From SAR86 cluster bacterium (lineage in GTDB: Bacteria > Pseudomonadota > Gammaproteobacteria > Magnimaribacterales > TMED112), in NCBI GenBank assembly GCA_003331635.1, contig QOPH01000003.1, positions 67,145 to 131,144 of the forward strand: DNA of 64,000 nt. Reading direction: 5' to 3'. The position numbers and the translations under genes are program-made. This document shows, one piece after another, positions 27,451 to 36,766 of the stretch (positions are counted from its first letter, which is position 1; every line of letters begins with the position of its first letter). The notes beneath the pieces were generated by a model, which worked only from the letters and a program-made list of their open reading frames with translations, was not told the DNA's origin and searched no databases.

Positions 27451-30399
27451 ATGAGTACATATTTTAAATTTTTATTAAGCTTACTCATGCTTACATCAGT
27501 ATCTTTTGGTGTTTCTGCACAAGAAGACGAAGACGAAGCTGATGATGTTGAGGAAGTTGTTGTTACAGGTTCTAGAATTGCGAGAACAAGCAATTATGAA
27601 TCTGTAGGTCCTGTTGAGGTAATAACTGTTGAACAGGTTAGGGATTCCGGAAAGAATAACATCGGTGATTACCTAATAGAATTACCTTCAGCTAATTTAG
27701 CTTCTAACCAAAGATCTATCAATAATGGTAACTCAGGTACAACTGAAGTTAACCTAAGGGGTGCTGGTTCAGGAAGATTATTAACTCTCATAAATGGTAG
27801 AAGGGTAGCGCCAACCGGTACTGGTATCGGTAACGCAGTCGATTTTCAGATATTCCCTCTAGCCATGATAGAGTCAGTTGAGGTTCTTAAAGATGGAGCC
27901 GCAGCTGTTTATGGTTCTGATGCCGTTTCTGGTGTTATTAACGTTAAGCTTAGAGAATTTGAAGGTTCTGAATTCTTTGGTTCCACTGGTTCCTCAGCAC
28001 AAGGTGATGCGAATTCTTCAGAATTTTCGTTCGCGTTCGGTACTAAGGGTGAAAGATCAAGCAATGTTACTGCTATAAGTTGGTATCAAAATGATTCTTT
28101 AGGCATGAATGAGAGAGATTTTGCTCACTGCCCAAGAATAGAGCCTTACTATATGCTGTTTGTTCAAGCTCTAGTGGGCGGCCACGGAGACTATGGCGAT
28201 AACGTAGGTAATAATGATTCATCTTGTGGAGCATCGTCATTTATACCGTCTGGTAGATTTTACACTTCAACTGGATCCCAAACAATTTACGCAGCTGGTG
28301 GACAAATTGAGCCTTGGGGTTTCTGGGACTTTGCTGGTTCTAATAGTGGAAACATGACAGGAAGAGGTATGTATAACTTTAATGAATACATGGAACTTCT
28401 AGGTGATAGAGAAAATTTCCAATTTATGACTGACGGAAAATATGAAACAAACGCTGGAATTACATTAGATTACAATATTATGTATTCCAAGAGATTATCA
28501 GCCTTACAAATGGCTCCTGTTCCAATGGGTTCTGGTGCTCAGGTAACATATGGTTTGATTATACCTGCAGATAACGCATTTAACCCATTAGGGGAATCAT
28601 TTACATACAGAAAAAGAATGCTCGATGTAGGGCCAAGACTTTTCTCCCAAGAAGCTGATACGTTGAGAATAGTCGTAGGAGCATCTGGTGATCTGGATTT
28701 CTTAGGATTGGATGGAGCTTCATGGGAAGCTTATTCCGTTGTTCACAGGTTCACTTCTGGTAATGAAACCAAAAACTACATTGACATGTACAGAGTGGAA
28801 CAAGCTTTAACAACAGAAGTCGGTCCAGGTGTTGTTGGATACGATGGACAGCAGTATAGATGTGCAGACCCACTTGCAAGACAATTAGGTTGTGTGCCTT
28901 TAAATATGTTTGGTCCAGGAAGTATTACGCAAGCGGCTGGTGACTTCATTAGGTACAACAAAAAAGATAAGTTGCTTACAGAAGCCGATGAGTATGCTTT
29001 TAACGTAAGTAACGTAACTTTATTTGATCTTCCTGCAGGTCCAGTTGCGATGGCATTTGGATTCGATAAATTTGAACTATATGGTGAGGATAATGTTGAT
29101 GGTTTGACTGAAGCAGGTCTTTCATCTGGTAACCCAAGACTTTCCACAGCAGGTGGATATACTTCTGAGGATGCATATTTTGAGGTCCAAGTACCAATAC
29201 TTGCAGATACTTTTTTGGCAGAAGAACTAAGAGTTGAATTTGCTGGTAGACAGTCTGAATTTGACCTTTTTGAAGGTGATAATGTAGAAAGACTTTCAGT
29301 ATTTTGGAAGCCTCATCCTGATTTAACAGTTAGAGGCACAGATTCTACTTCTTACAGAGCACCTACAATATCAAACCTATACTTTGGTGGGGGCGGAGGC
29401 TTCCCAACTTATGTTGATGTTTGTACTTCCGCATACGTAAGTTCTGTGGATCCTGCAACAGCTGCAGCTTTAACTACAAACTGTGCTGCAATAGCTGGTC
29501 TTGATACATCTACATGGATAACATCTAATAGTCAAATCCTTGCCTTATCAGTTGGTAACGTTAACTTAACTCCCGAAGCTGGAGAAAGTTTGACTTATGG
29601 ACTTGTTTATCAGCCATCATTTAGACTGCTTGAGCCATTTAATGTGGCTTTAGCTATTGATTATTTTGAGCTTGATGTAGGAAATGCAGTTGTTGGGTCT
29701 GGTGTTTTAAATACTTTACTAAGATGTTATAGAGATGCAGATACAGATTATTGTGGAAGAATCTCTAGACCTGTTGGTGGAGATGTGGTTTCTGTTGAAA
29801 CGCTTAATGTAAACAGTGATTCTATTGACCATTATGAAGGTTACGATGTTTCTGCAACTGCTACTTTTGATGACTTGCCGTTTGTTGGTGGTTCATTAAG
29901 AGCACAAATACAGTGGACTCACCTTGTTGAAAATACTACAGTTGATGCTTCAGGTGTTAGTGATGACTATGTTGGTCAATGCTATGACTTTGGTGAATCA
30001 TGTTTTGCTAGAGATAGGTCTAACGGAATATTCACTTACTCAAATGGAGATTGGACTGCAACATGGGTGACAAGATTCATGAGTGGTATTTCACCGGGAC
30101 AGGATACAGTAGATTTCTTTGCTGAAGATCCTTTCTATGGTGGCCCTATGGATCCGGCTTTATTTGACAGAGTTATGGACGCTTATTCAATTCCAGATTT
30201 TTATTATCACAATGCAAGTGTCGCATACGATTATAATGAAAATACAAGATTGAATCTTGCTGTGACAAACGTATTTGATAAAGAACCCGACTATTATAAG
30301 CAGTTATTTGGTTTTTATGATCCACAGATCAGCACTCCTCAGAACTCTTATGATTTTGTTGGAAGATATATCAATGTAAGCGTGTCATATAGCTTTTAA
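27451..30399 (+). CDS. TonB-dependent outer-membrane receptor
   Basis: 982 aa. Signal peptide, acidic stretch with TonB box EEVVVTGSRI, plug motifs (LRGAGSGRLLTLINGRR, VEVLKDGAAAVYGSDAVSGVINV) and a C-terminal aromatic residue (SYSF). GGAGGA Shine-Dalgarno site. Confidence 0.9.
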   Translation: MSTYFKFLLSLLMLTSVSFGVSAQEDEDEADDVEEVVVTGSRIARTSNYESVGPVEVITVEQVRDSGKNNIGDYLIELPSANLASNQRSINNGNSGTTEVNLRGAGSGRLLTLINGRRVAPTGTGIGNAVDFQIFPLAMIESVEVLKDGAAAVYGSDAVSGVINVKLREFEGSEFFGSTGSSAQGDANSSEFSFAFGTKGERSSNVTAISWYQNDSLGMNERDFAHCPRIEPYYMLFVQALVGGHGDYGDNVGNNDSSCGASSFIPSGRFYTSTGSQTIYAAGGQIEPWGFWDFAGSNSGNMTGRGMYNFNEYMELLGDRENFQFMTDGKYETNAGITLDYNIMYSKRLSALQMAPVPMGSGAQVTYGLIIPADNAFNPLGESFTYRKRMLDVGPRLFSQEADTLRIVVGASGDLDFLGLDGASWEAYSVVHRFTSGNETKNYIDMYRVEQALTTEVGPGVVGYDGQQYRCADPLARQLGCVPLNMFGPGSITQAAGDFIRYNKKDKLLTEADEYAFNVSNVTLFDLPAGPVAMAFGFDKFELYGEDNVDGLTEAGLSSGNPRLSTAGGYTSEDAYFEVQVPILADTFLAEELRVEFAGRQSEFDLFEGDNVERLSVFWKPHPDLTVRGTDSTSYRAPTISNLYFGGGGGFPTYVDVCTSAYVSSVDPATAAALTTNCAAIAGLDTSTWITSNSQILALSVGNVNLTPEAGESLTYGLVYQPSFRLLEPFNVALAIDYFELDVGNAVVGSGVLNTLLRCYRDADTDYCGRISRPVGGDVVSVETLNVNSDSIDHYEGYDVSATATFDDLPFVGGSLRAQIQWTHLVENTTVDASGVSDDYVGQCYDFGESCFARDRSNGIFTYSNGDWTATWVTRFMSGISPGQDTVDFFAEDPFYGGPMDPALFDRVMDAYSIPDFYYHNASVAYDYNENTRLNLAVTNVFDKEPDYYKQLFGFYDPQISTPQNSYDFVGRYINVSVSYSF

Positions 30400-30416
30400 A
30401 AGTTTTATGTACTTTG

Positions 30417-30446
30417 AAGGCCTCCTTTTGGAGGCCTTTTTTTTTA
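30417..30446. terminator. rho-independent terminator between the convergent TBDR and gloB
   Basis: AAGGCCTCC (30417-30425), loop TTTT, GGAGGCCTT (30430-30438), followed by a T-run. Confidence 0.8.
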
Positions 30447-31172
30447 ATAGGAATCCTTCCTTTCTCGCAACTCTTTGAACCAATCAAGATCAGATAATAA
30501 TTTTGCGTGTTCAGGTCTGTTTTCAAGTAAGAATAAATTAATTTTTTTTTCTAATGATAGTTTTGTTGGGAGGGTAATTTTATTATCTGAAATCATTTTT
30601 TTTGCTTTGTTAAGGTGAACAATGATCGCATTGTCAGCATGAACAGAATAAGCAAATTCTAAATTTGCAATTGTGTATTCATGTGCAGCATAAATAAGTG
30701 TGCTTTCTGGAAGACCATTAAGCTTTTGTATTGAATTATGCAGTTGTTCATATGTGCCTTCAAAAGCTCTTCCACATCCACCCGAGAAAAGTGTGTCCCC
30801 ACAAAAAACTGAATTAATATCCTCTGAATAATAACTTATATGATCTAAAGTATGCCCAGGTGTTTCAAGAATTTTATATTTGTTTCCTAGAACTTCTATT
30901 TCATCATTTTCTGATACGAACTTATTTATAAACTTATTACTTTCCTTAGGACCAAAAATGTTTCCATTTACTAGATTATGAAGATCCTCAAGACCACCTG
31001 TATGATCAAAATGATGATGTGTTATCAAGATATCCTCTAAAATCAAATCATTATTTTTTATTAAGTTTAATAACTCTTTTGAATCTCCTGGATCAACTAC
31101 AGCGAGTTTATTGTTTTTTTGAATGCACCAAATGTAATTATCTGTAAAAGCAGGTATGTGAAAAATTTTCAT
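30444..31172 (-). CDS. gloB: hydroxyacylglutathione hydrolase (glyoxalase II, MBL fold)
   Basis: 242 aa. Motifs: NYIWCIQ, THHHFDHTGG, TPGHTLDHISY, CGDTLFSGGCGR. Confidence 0.88.
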   Translation of the reverse strand: MKIFHIPAFTDNYIWCIQKNNKLAVVDPGDSKELLNLIKNNDLILEDILITHHHFDHTGGLEDLHNLVNGNIFGPKESNKFINKFVSENDEIEVLGNKYKILETPGHTLDHISYYSEDINSVFCGDTLFSGGCGRAFEGTYEQLHNSIQKLNGLPESTLIYAAHEYTIANLEFAYSVHADNAIIVHLNKAKKMISDNKITLPTKLSLEKKINLFLLENRPEHAKLLSDLDWFKELRERKDSY

Positions 31173-31189
31173 TACTTTATAATCTAACT

Positions 31190-31624
31190 ATGTCTATAAA
31201 AGTATACACAGATGGAGCTTGCAGGGGCAATCCCGGACCTGGAGGGTGGGGCGTATATATACTTGATGGAAATGAGCAGAAAGAATTTTATGGTGGTAGC
31301 CCCTCAACCACAAACAATCAAATGGAAATGCAAGCGGCTCTTGAAGCACTTATTTATTTAAAGGATAGAAATGAGCATATTGAACTATTTACAGATTCAA
31401 ATATCGTAAAAAAAGGCATGACTGAATGGATGGAGAACTGGAAAAGGAATAACTGGAAAAACTCAAATAAAAAGGCTGTTAAAAATAAAGAAATTTGGAT
31501 GCAATTAGATGAAGCAAGTAAATCATTGAATGTTACATGGACATGGGTCAAAGGACATGATGGTGACCCGGGAAATGAAAAAGCAGATTCTCTAGCGAAT
31601 AAAGGAGCCGATAGTGTCTCATAG
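31190..31624 (+). CDS. rnhA: ribonuclease HI
   Basis: 144 aa. Motifs: VYTDGACRGNPGPGGWG, TNNQMEMQAALEAL, TDS, WVKGHDGDPGNEKADSLA. Confidence 0.92.
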   Translation: MSIKVYTDGACRGNPGPGGWGVYILDGNEQKEFYGGSPSTTNNQMEMQAALEALIYLKDRNEHIELFTDSNIVKKGMTEWMENWKRNNWKNSNKKAVKNKEIWMQLDEASKSLNVTWTWVKGHDGDPGNEKADSLANKGADSVS

Positions 31625-32312
31625 ACTAATTTCTTTTGATACTGAGACAACTGGCTTATATGTAGAATCAGGAGATAGAGTAATTGAAATTGGCGCAGTA
31701 GAAATCTTAGATAGAGAAAAAACCAAAGCAATTTTTCAAACATATTTAAATCCTGACGGTAAAGCTATAAGCGAGGGGGCAAAACAAATTACCAATATCA
31801 ATGAGTCAGATTTAAAGGAAGCACCGCTATTCAAAGATATTGTGGATGAATTTATAAACTTTGTTAAAGGGGCTGAGCTAATCATTCATAATGCTCAATT
31901 TGATATAGGCTTTGTCAATAATGAATTAAGGTTAGCTAAATCAAAAATAAAAGACATAAGAGATATATGCAGTGTTTATGATACTTTAGTTGTGGCAAAA
32001 GAAATGTTCCCTGGACAGAGAAATAACCTAGATGCACTTTCAAAACGATTGAATATTAAAGGGTACGATAGAACTTTCCATGGAGCCTTATTAGATGCTC
32101 AAATCCTCGCAGATACATATTTAAATATGACTGGAGGACAGGTTTCTTTGGATTTAAATAATACAACGCAGAAAGTTAAAGAAACACAAAATCAAAATAT
32201 AAAAGTTGAATTTGATGTCTCACACATAACAATTGATGAGAATGATCAAACTGAACATGAAAAATTTTTAAAACTTTTATCTAAGAAAAGCAAGCAGGAA
32301 ATTAATTGGTAA
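31614..32312 (+). CDS. dnaQ: DNA polymerase III epsilon subunit (3'-5' exonuclease)
   Basis: 232 aa. Exo I FDTETTG, Exo II HNAQFDIGF, Exo III HGALLDAQILADTY. Overlaps rnhA by 11 nt. Confidence 0.9.
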   Translation: MSHRLISFDTETTGLYVESGDRVIEIGAVEILDREKTKAIFQTYLNPDGKAISEGAKQITNINESDLKEAPLFKDIVDEFINFVKGAELIIHNAQFDIGFVNNELRLAKSKIKDIRDICSVYDTLVVAKEMFPGQRNNLDALSKRLNIKGYDRTFHGALLDAQILADTYLNMTGGQVSLDLNNTTQKVKETQNQNIKVEFDVSHITIDENDQTEHEKFLKLLSKKSKQEINW

Positions 32313-33598
32313 AGGAAGTAGTAACAAGGTTTGCACCAAGCCCTACAGGAAATTTGCATATAGGAGGTGTTAGGACTGCTTTATTTAATTATATTTTTGC
32401 AAAAAAAAATCAAGGGAAATTTCTAGTACGTATAGAGGATACTGATAAAGAACGATCTGAAGAGCAGTTTATTGATGCTATTATGGAGGGTTTAGATTGG
32501 GTAGGTTTAAATCCTGATTTTGAGCCTATTAAACAAAGCGAAAGGTTTGATATGTATAAGGAAGAGGCCACTAGATTAATGGATTTAGGAGAGGCATATG
32601 AGGATGAAGGAGCTGTAAGATTAAAGGTTAAAAGAGAAGGCTCAACTCTTGTTAGGGACTTAGTCTATGGAGATATCGAATTTCTTAATAGTGAATTAGA
32701 TGACATAGTAATTTTAAGAAGTGATGGTTCACCAACATATCATTTTTGTAATGTAATTGATGATAACTCTCAGGGTGTATCTCACGTCATTCGAGGAGAG
32801 GATCACTTACCAAATACACCAAAACAAATACAAATAGTAAATGCGCTTGGCTATAAGGAGTTCCAATATGCACATTTGCCCCTTGTTCTTGGCGAGGATA
32901 AAAAGAGACTATCAAAAAGACATGCAGCTACAGATCTTATGGCATATAAAAATTTAGGATATCTTCCTGAAGCGGTAAAGAATACTTTGACTAGATTAGG
33001 GTGGTCAAAAGGTGATAAAGAAATTTTTACAATTTCAGAAATTATTAACACATTTGATATTAAAGATGTTTCACGTTCAGGAGCAGTATTTGATATAGGC
33101 AAAATGAATTTTGTAAATCAACATCATCTTTCATCTCTCACAGATGAGGAATTAATCACACTAATAAAGCCTTTTAATGAAATGAATAATTTTGATCTAT
33201 CAAATCATCATGATCCAAAAAAATTAATTCGACTTTGTGTAACCAGTGGCAATAATTTAAGTGAAATTTCTAAGTTTATTCAGCCTTTTGTTAGTGATTT
33301 TGAGAATTCCAATGAAGATGATTTAAAAAAACATTTATTAGAATCAGGAGATGTCATAGACTTCTTTTTATCTGAACTTGCAGGAATTGACGATTGGAGC
33401 GAAGAATCTTTCGAATTAATCATAAATAAAGCGCTAGAGGATTTGAAGTTACCTATGCCTAAAATTGGTCTTCCAATAAGAGTAGCTTTACTGGGAAGAA
33501 GAAATTCACCACATCTCAGCTCAACAATTTATTTAATAGAAAAGGAAAGTGCTCTTTCAAGATTGGAAAAAGCCAAGAAAGTTATTTCTGAACACTAA
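32306..33598 (+). CDS. gltX: glutamyl-tRNA synthetase (short form lacking the zinc-binding insertion)
   Basis: 430 aa with a TTG start. Motifs: RFAPSPTGNLHIGG (HIGH), RGEDHLPNTPKQ, RLSKRH (KMSKS). Confidence 0.85.
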   Translation: MVKEVVTRFAPSPTGNLHIGGVRTALFNYIFAKKNQGKFLVRIEDTDKERSEEQFIDAIMEGLDWVGLNPDFEPIKQSERFDMYKEEATRLMDLGEAYEDEGAVRLKVKREGSTLVRDLVYGDIEFLNSELDDIVILRSDGSPTYHFCNVIDDNSQGVSHVIRGEDHLPNTPKQIQIVNALGYKEFQYAHLPLVLGEDKKRLSKRHAATDLMAYKNLGYLPEAVKNTLTRLGWSKGDKEIFTISEIINTFDIKDVSRSGAVFDIGKMNFVNQHHLSSLTDEELITLIKPFNEMNNFDLSNHHDPKKLIRLCVTSGNNLSEISKFIQPFVSDFENSNEDDLKKHLLESGDVIDFFLSELAGIDDWSEESFELIINKALEDLKLPMPKIGLPIRVALLGRRNSPHLSSTIYLIEKESALSRLEKAKKVISEH

Positions 33599-35285
33599 CT
33601 TTCGCATTCGGTCTTCTTAAATCGGCATAACCATATTTGCTATCACCATCAATTAAAATACTTTGAGTGCTCCCAATCGTATCTGATTCTTCTAGCTTAT
33701 GGCCATAAATTTTCAAAATTCTCCTTGTATCAAAGTTTATGAATTTTTCAATATCCATCTCAACAGATTGATAATCTTGATGTATTCTTGGCATCATTGT
33801 TGCTGCACCAATATCTAACCCAAAATCAATAACGTTTAGAACAACTTGAAGGTTTATATCAGGAATCTTTGAACCACCAGGACTTCCAGTGATTAATTTA
33901 AGGTTATTGTCGTTATCAAAAACTAATATTGGACACATGGTACTCATTGGTCTTTTATATTGCTCGAGTTTATTCGCTGGAGATGCACCTCTTCTTAAAG
34001 ACCCTATTTCACCAAAATCATGTGCAAAATTATTCATTTGGCTATTCGTTAGTATTCCTGTCCCCGGTATTGTTACACCAGATCCAAAAGAAAAACCAAG
34101 AGTATAGGTAACGGAAACTGCATTACCGCTTTCGTCTATAATTGAGTAATGTGTAGTGTCTTTTGATTCTTTAAAATTTCTTTCCAGTCTTGTAACCCAT
34201 TTATTGATGCTCTCCATACTTGAGGAACGTTTAAGGTTAATTTTTTTTGATTTTTTTACTCCTAAATCTTTTGAAATAATTTCTTCGAGAGGAATATTAC
34301 TAAAGTTTGGGTCTCCTATATACCTTGATCTACTTTGATGACCTAATTTCATTGCTTCTGCCAGTAGGTGTAAATATTTGCCACTATTTGGCGATAACTC
34401 AGATAAATTAAAATTTTCTAGTACATTTAATGCGGTTATTACTGCAACACCTCCACCACTTGGAGGTCCTTGAGTAAATATAGTATGACCTCTATATGTA
34501 GTTGAAATAGGTTTACCAACATTAACTTTATATTCTTTAAGATCGTTCTTTCTGATGAGCCCACCATTTTCTATCATTGCTTTTTCTATTCTTTCGGCAT
34601 TCTCACCATCATAAAATCCAGCTTTTCCAAAATCTCTAATTAATTCCATTGTTTTAATAAGGTCTTCAATGAATAATTTTCCACCTCTTATAACTCCATC
34701 TGCTAAATATATTTTTTTTGACTCTGGGTCTTTTTTTAATGATTCAGTATCGTTAATTGCCCAATACAAATCGTCGGTAACAGGAACTCCTTTCTTGAGC
34801 AATTCAATGGTTGGGTTAACTAAGTCTGCTAGATCCATAGTGCCAAACATTTCGTGTGCATCTATCAATCCTGCAACAGTGCCTGGCACAGCTATTGCTT
34901 TATAACCTTCTTCAGAAAGTTCATATTGATGAACTCCATTAACTTTATAAACATCAGAAGTAGCTAATTTTGGAGACATTGATCTAAAATCAAAGCTAAT
35001 GATGCTATCTGTTTTTTTGTCATAAACTAACATAAAGCCACCACCACCAATGTTTCCAGCTCTTGGTAAGGTAGCTGTTAATGAAAATCCAACAGCTATT
35101 GCAGCATCTACAGCATTTCCACCTTTAGAGAGTATTTCTGCACCAATATCTGATGAGAGATAATTCTGAGACACAACCATTCCCTTAGTTGTCTCTGTTG
35201 AGTGGTAAGGGTGTGGATAGTCCAAATAATCTTGAGAGCTAAGGCGTGCAGATAAGATCAGTATTAATATTAAAAATAACTTCAT
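33582..35285 (-). CDS. ggt: gamma-glutamyltransferase, exported
   Basis: About 567 aa from ATG 35285 (MKLFLILILILSARLSS signal), 1 nt after the upstream stop; the track start at 35318 overlaps the transporter. The Ntn nucleophile context DTTHYSIIDESGNAVS and GSPGGSKI are present. Confidence 0.88.
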   Translation of the reverse strand: MKLFLILILILSARLSSQDYLDYPHPYHSTETTKGMVVSQNYLSSDIGAEILSKGGNAVDAAIAVGFSLTATLPRAGNIGGGGFMLVYDKKTDSIISFDFRSMSPKLATSDVYKVNGVHQYELSEEGYKAIAVPGTVAGLIDAHEMFGTMDLADLVNPTIELLKKGVPVTDDLYWAINDTESLKKDPESKKIYLADGVIRGGKLFIEDLIKTMELIRDFGKAGFYDGENAERIEKAMIENGGLIRKNDLKEYKVNVGKPISTTYRGHTIFTQGPPSGGGVAVITALNVLENFNLSELSPNSGKYLHLLAEAMKLGHQSRSRYIGDPNFSNIPLEEIISKDLGVKKSKKINLKRSSSMESINKWVTRLERNFKESKDTTHYSIIDESGNAVSVTYTLGFSFGSGVTIPGTGILTNSQMNNFAHDFGEIGSLRRGASPANKLEQYKRPMSTMCPILVFDNDNNLKLITGSPGGSKIPDINLQVVLNVIDFGLDIGAATMMPRIHQDYQSVEMDIEKFINFDTRRILKIYGHKLEESDTIGSTQSILIDGDSKYGYADLRRPNAKVSVQK

Positions 35286-35286
35286 A

Positions 35287-36735
35287 TTAAAGAACAACTG
35301 GTAAAACAAATGCAGCAAATATTGTTACTACAATAATTCCAATTATGTTTATATAAAAACCAGCTTTCATCATCTCAGATATAGTAAATTTTTCAGAACC
35401 ATAAACAATTGCATTAGGTGGTGTGGCAACGGGAAGCATAAACGCACAACTCGCTGCTAGAGCAACTGGAATTGCAACTTGTGCTTTGTCAAAACCAATA
35501 CCCATAGCAACTCCAAACATAATCGGAACAAAAGTAGCAGTAGTTGCTTGGTTGCTTGTGAGTTCCGTAAGAAATACAACAATTACAACAACAAGAAGTA
35601 TTAAAAGAATAGGGCTTATATCGCTAAAGGTTGTAAAGAAACTTCCTATCCAATCACCTAAACCTGTCTTTTTGATTTGCCCAGCCATGGAAAGACCCCC
35701 ACCAAATAGTATAAGTACACCCCAAGGCAGCTTTTTTGTTACGTTCCACTCAATTAAACCACCCCCATTGGAAGATCTAGCAATAAAGAGTGATAAGGCA
35801 GAAAGTATTGCAATACCATAATCTGTAAGGCCTCCAAAACCTGGTATTTGCACTAAAACCTTTTTAAACATCCACGCAAACGCAGTTACTAAAAAGATAT
35901 AAAAAACCAATCTTTCGTCTTTCGATATTTTTCCAAGGTCACTATGCATTTTTTTAAGGGCATTTCCTGTTTCTTTGTTGCTTGTAAAATCTACTGGAAA
36001 AATAACATTTGTAAGAATCAACCAACCAACTAAAAGCATAATTGCTGACATTGGAGTTGCAAAAAGCATCCAATCAATAAAATCAATTTGTATTCCCTCG
36101 TCTAAAAGAAGTCCTACTACTAAAACATTAGGGCCAGTACCAACGATTGTAGACATCCCACCAATAGTTGCAGCATATGCTATCCCTAATAAAAGGCATG
36201 TTTGAAATTTTGTAAATTCTGTTTCTTCTAATGACTTATCTGTCTTTTGAATAACAGCTGTCACAGCCAATGCAATGGGTAAAAGCATTAGAGTTGTTGA
36301 TGTATTCATTATCCACATGCTTATTAATGCACTGACGAGCATAAAGCCACCAATTAATAGTTTTCCATTATTACCAACCATCAGCAGCATTGTGAGAGCC
36401 ATTCTTTTATGTAGATTTACCTTTTCTATCGCTAGAGCAAGAACAAAACCGCCAAGAAATAAGAAAATATTACTATGAGCATAGGGTAGGGCAGCCTCTT
36501 GAAAAGCATCTTTTGCAAGGACACCCTCTCCGAAAACACCCAAAAGAGGAAAAAGTGCTAATGGAAGTAGAGCAGTAGCGGGCAAGGGAATAGCTTCTGT
36601 TGCCCACCAAATAGCCATAAGAAATACAACAGCCAAAGTCCGCCAAGCCTCTATACTTAATGCATCAGGAGAGGGCGAAAGCAGTATTCCAAAAAATACT
36701 AAAATGCCAATAAAGAAACCAGCGTTGTAATTCAT
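35287..36735 (-). CDS. DASS/SLC13-family sodium-coupled anion (di/tricarboxylate or sulfate) transporter
   Basis: 482 aa, polytopic. N-terminal pattern AWRTLAVVFLMAIWWATEAIPLPATALLP and paired SNT-like hairpin motifs (TELTSNQATT, VGTGPN). Confidence 0.7.
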   Translation of the reverse strand: MNYNAGFFIGILVFFGILLSPSPDALSIEAWRTLAVVFLMAIWWATEAIPLPATALLPLALFPLLGVFGEGVLAKDAFQEAALPYAHSNIFLFLGGFVLALAIEKVNLHKRMALTMLLMVGNNGKLLIGGFMLVSALISMWIMNTSTTLMLLPIALAVTAVIQKTDKSLEETEFTKFQTCLLLGIAYAATIGGMSTIVGTGPNVLVVGLLLDEGIQIDFIDWMLFATPMSAIMLLVGWLILTNVIFPVDFTSNKETGNALKKMHSDLGKISKDERLVFYIFLVTAFAWMFKKVLVQIPGFGGLTDYGIAILSALSLFIARSSNGGGLIEWNVTKKLPWGVLILFGGGLSMAGQIKKTGLGDWIGSFFTTFSDISPILLILLVVVIVVFLTELTSNQATTATFVPIMFGVAMGIGFDKAQVAIPVALAASCAFMLPVATPPNAIVYGSEKFTISEMMKAGFYINIIGIIVVTIFAAFVLPVVL

Positions 36736-36762
36736 AAAAAAAAGGGGGCTTGCGCCCCCTTA
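36736..36762 (-). terminator. rho-independent terminator after the 36767-39721 TBDR
   Basis: GGGGGC (36744-36749), loop TTGC, GCCCCC (36754-36759). On the minus strand it is followed by a T-run that abuts the ATG of the next gene. Confidence 0.75.
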
Positions 36763-36766
36763 AAGA

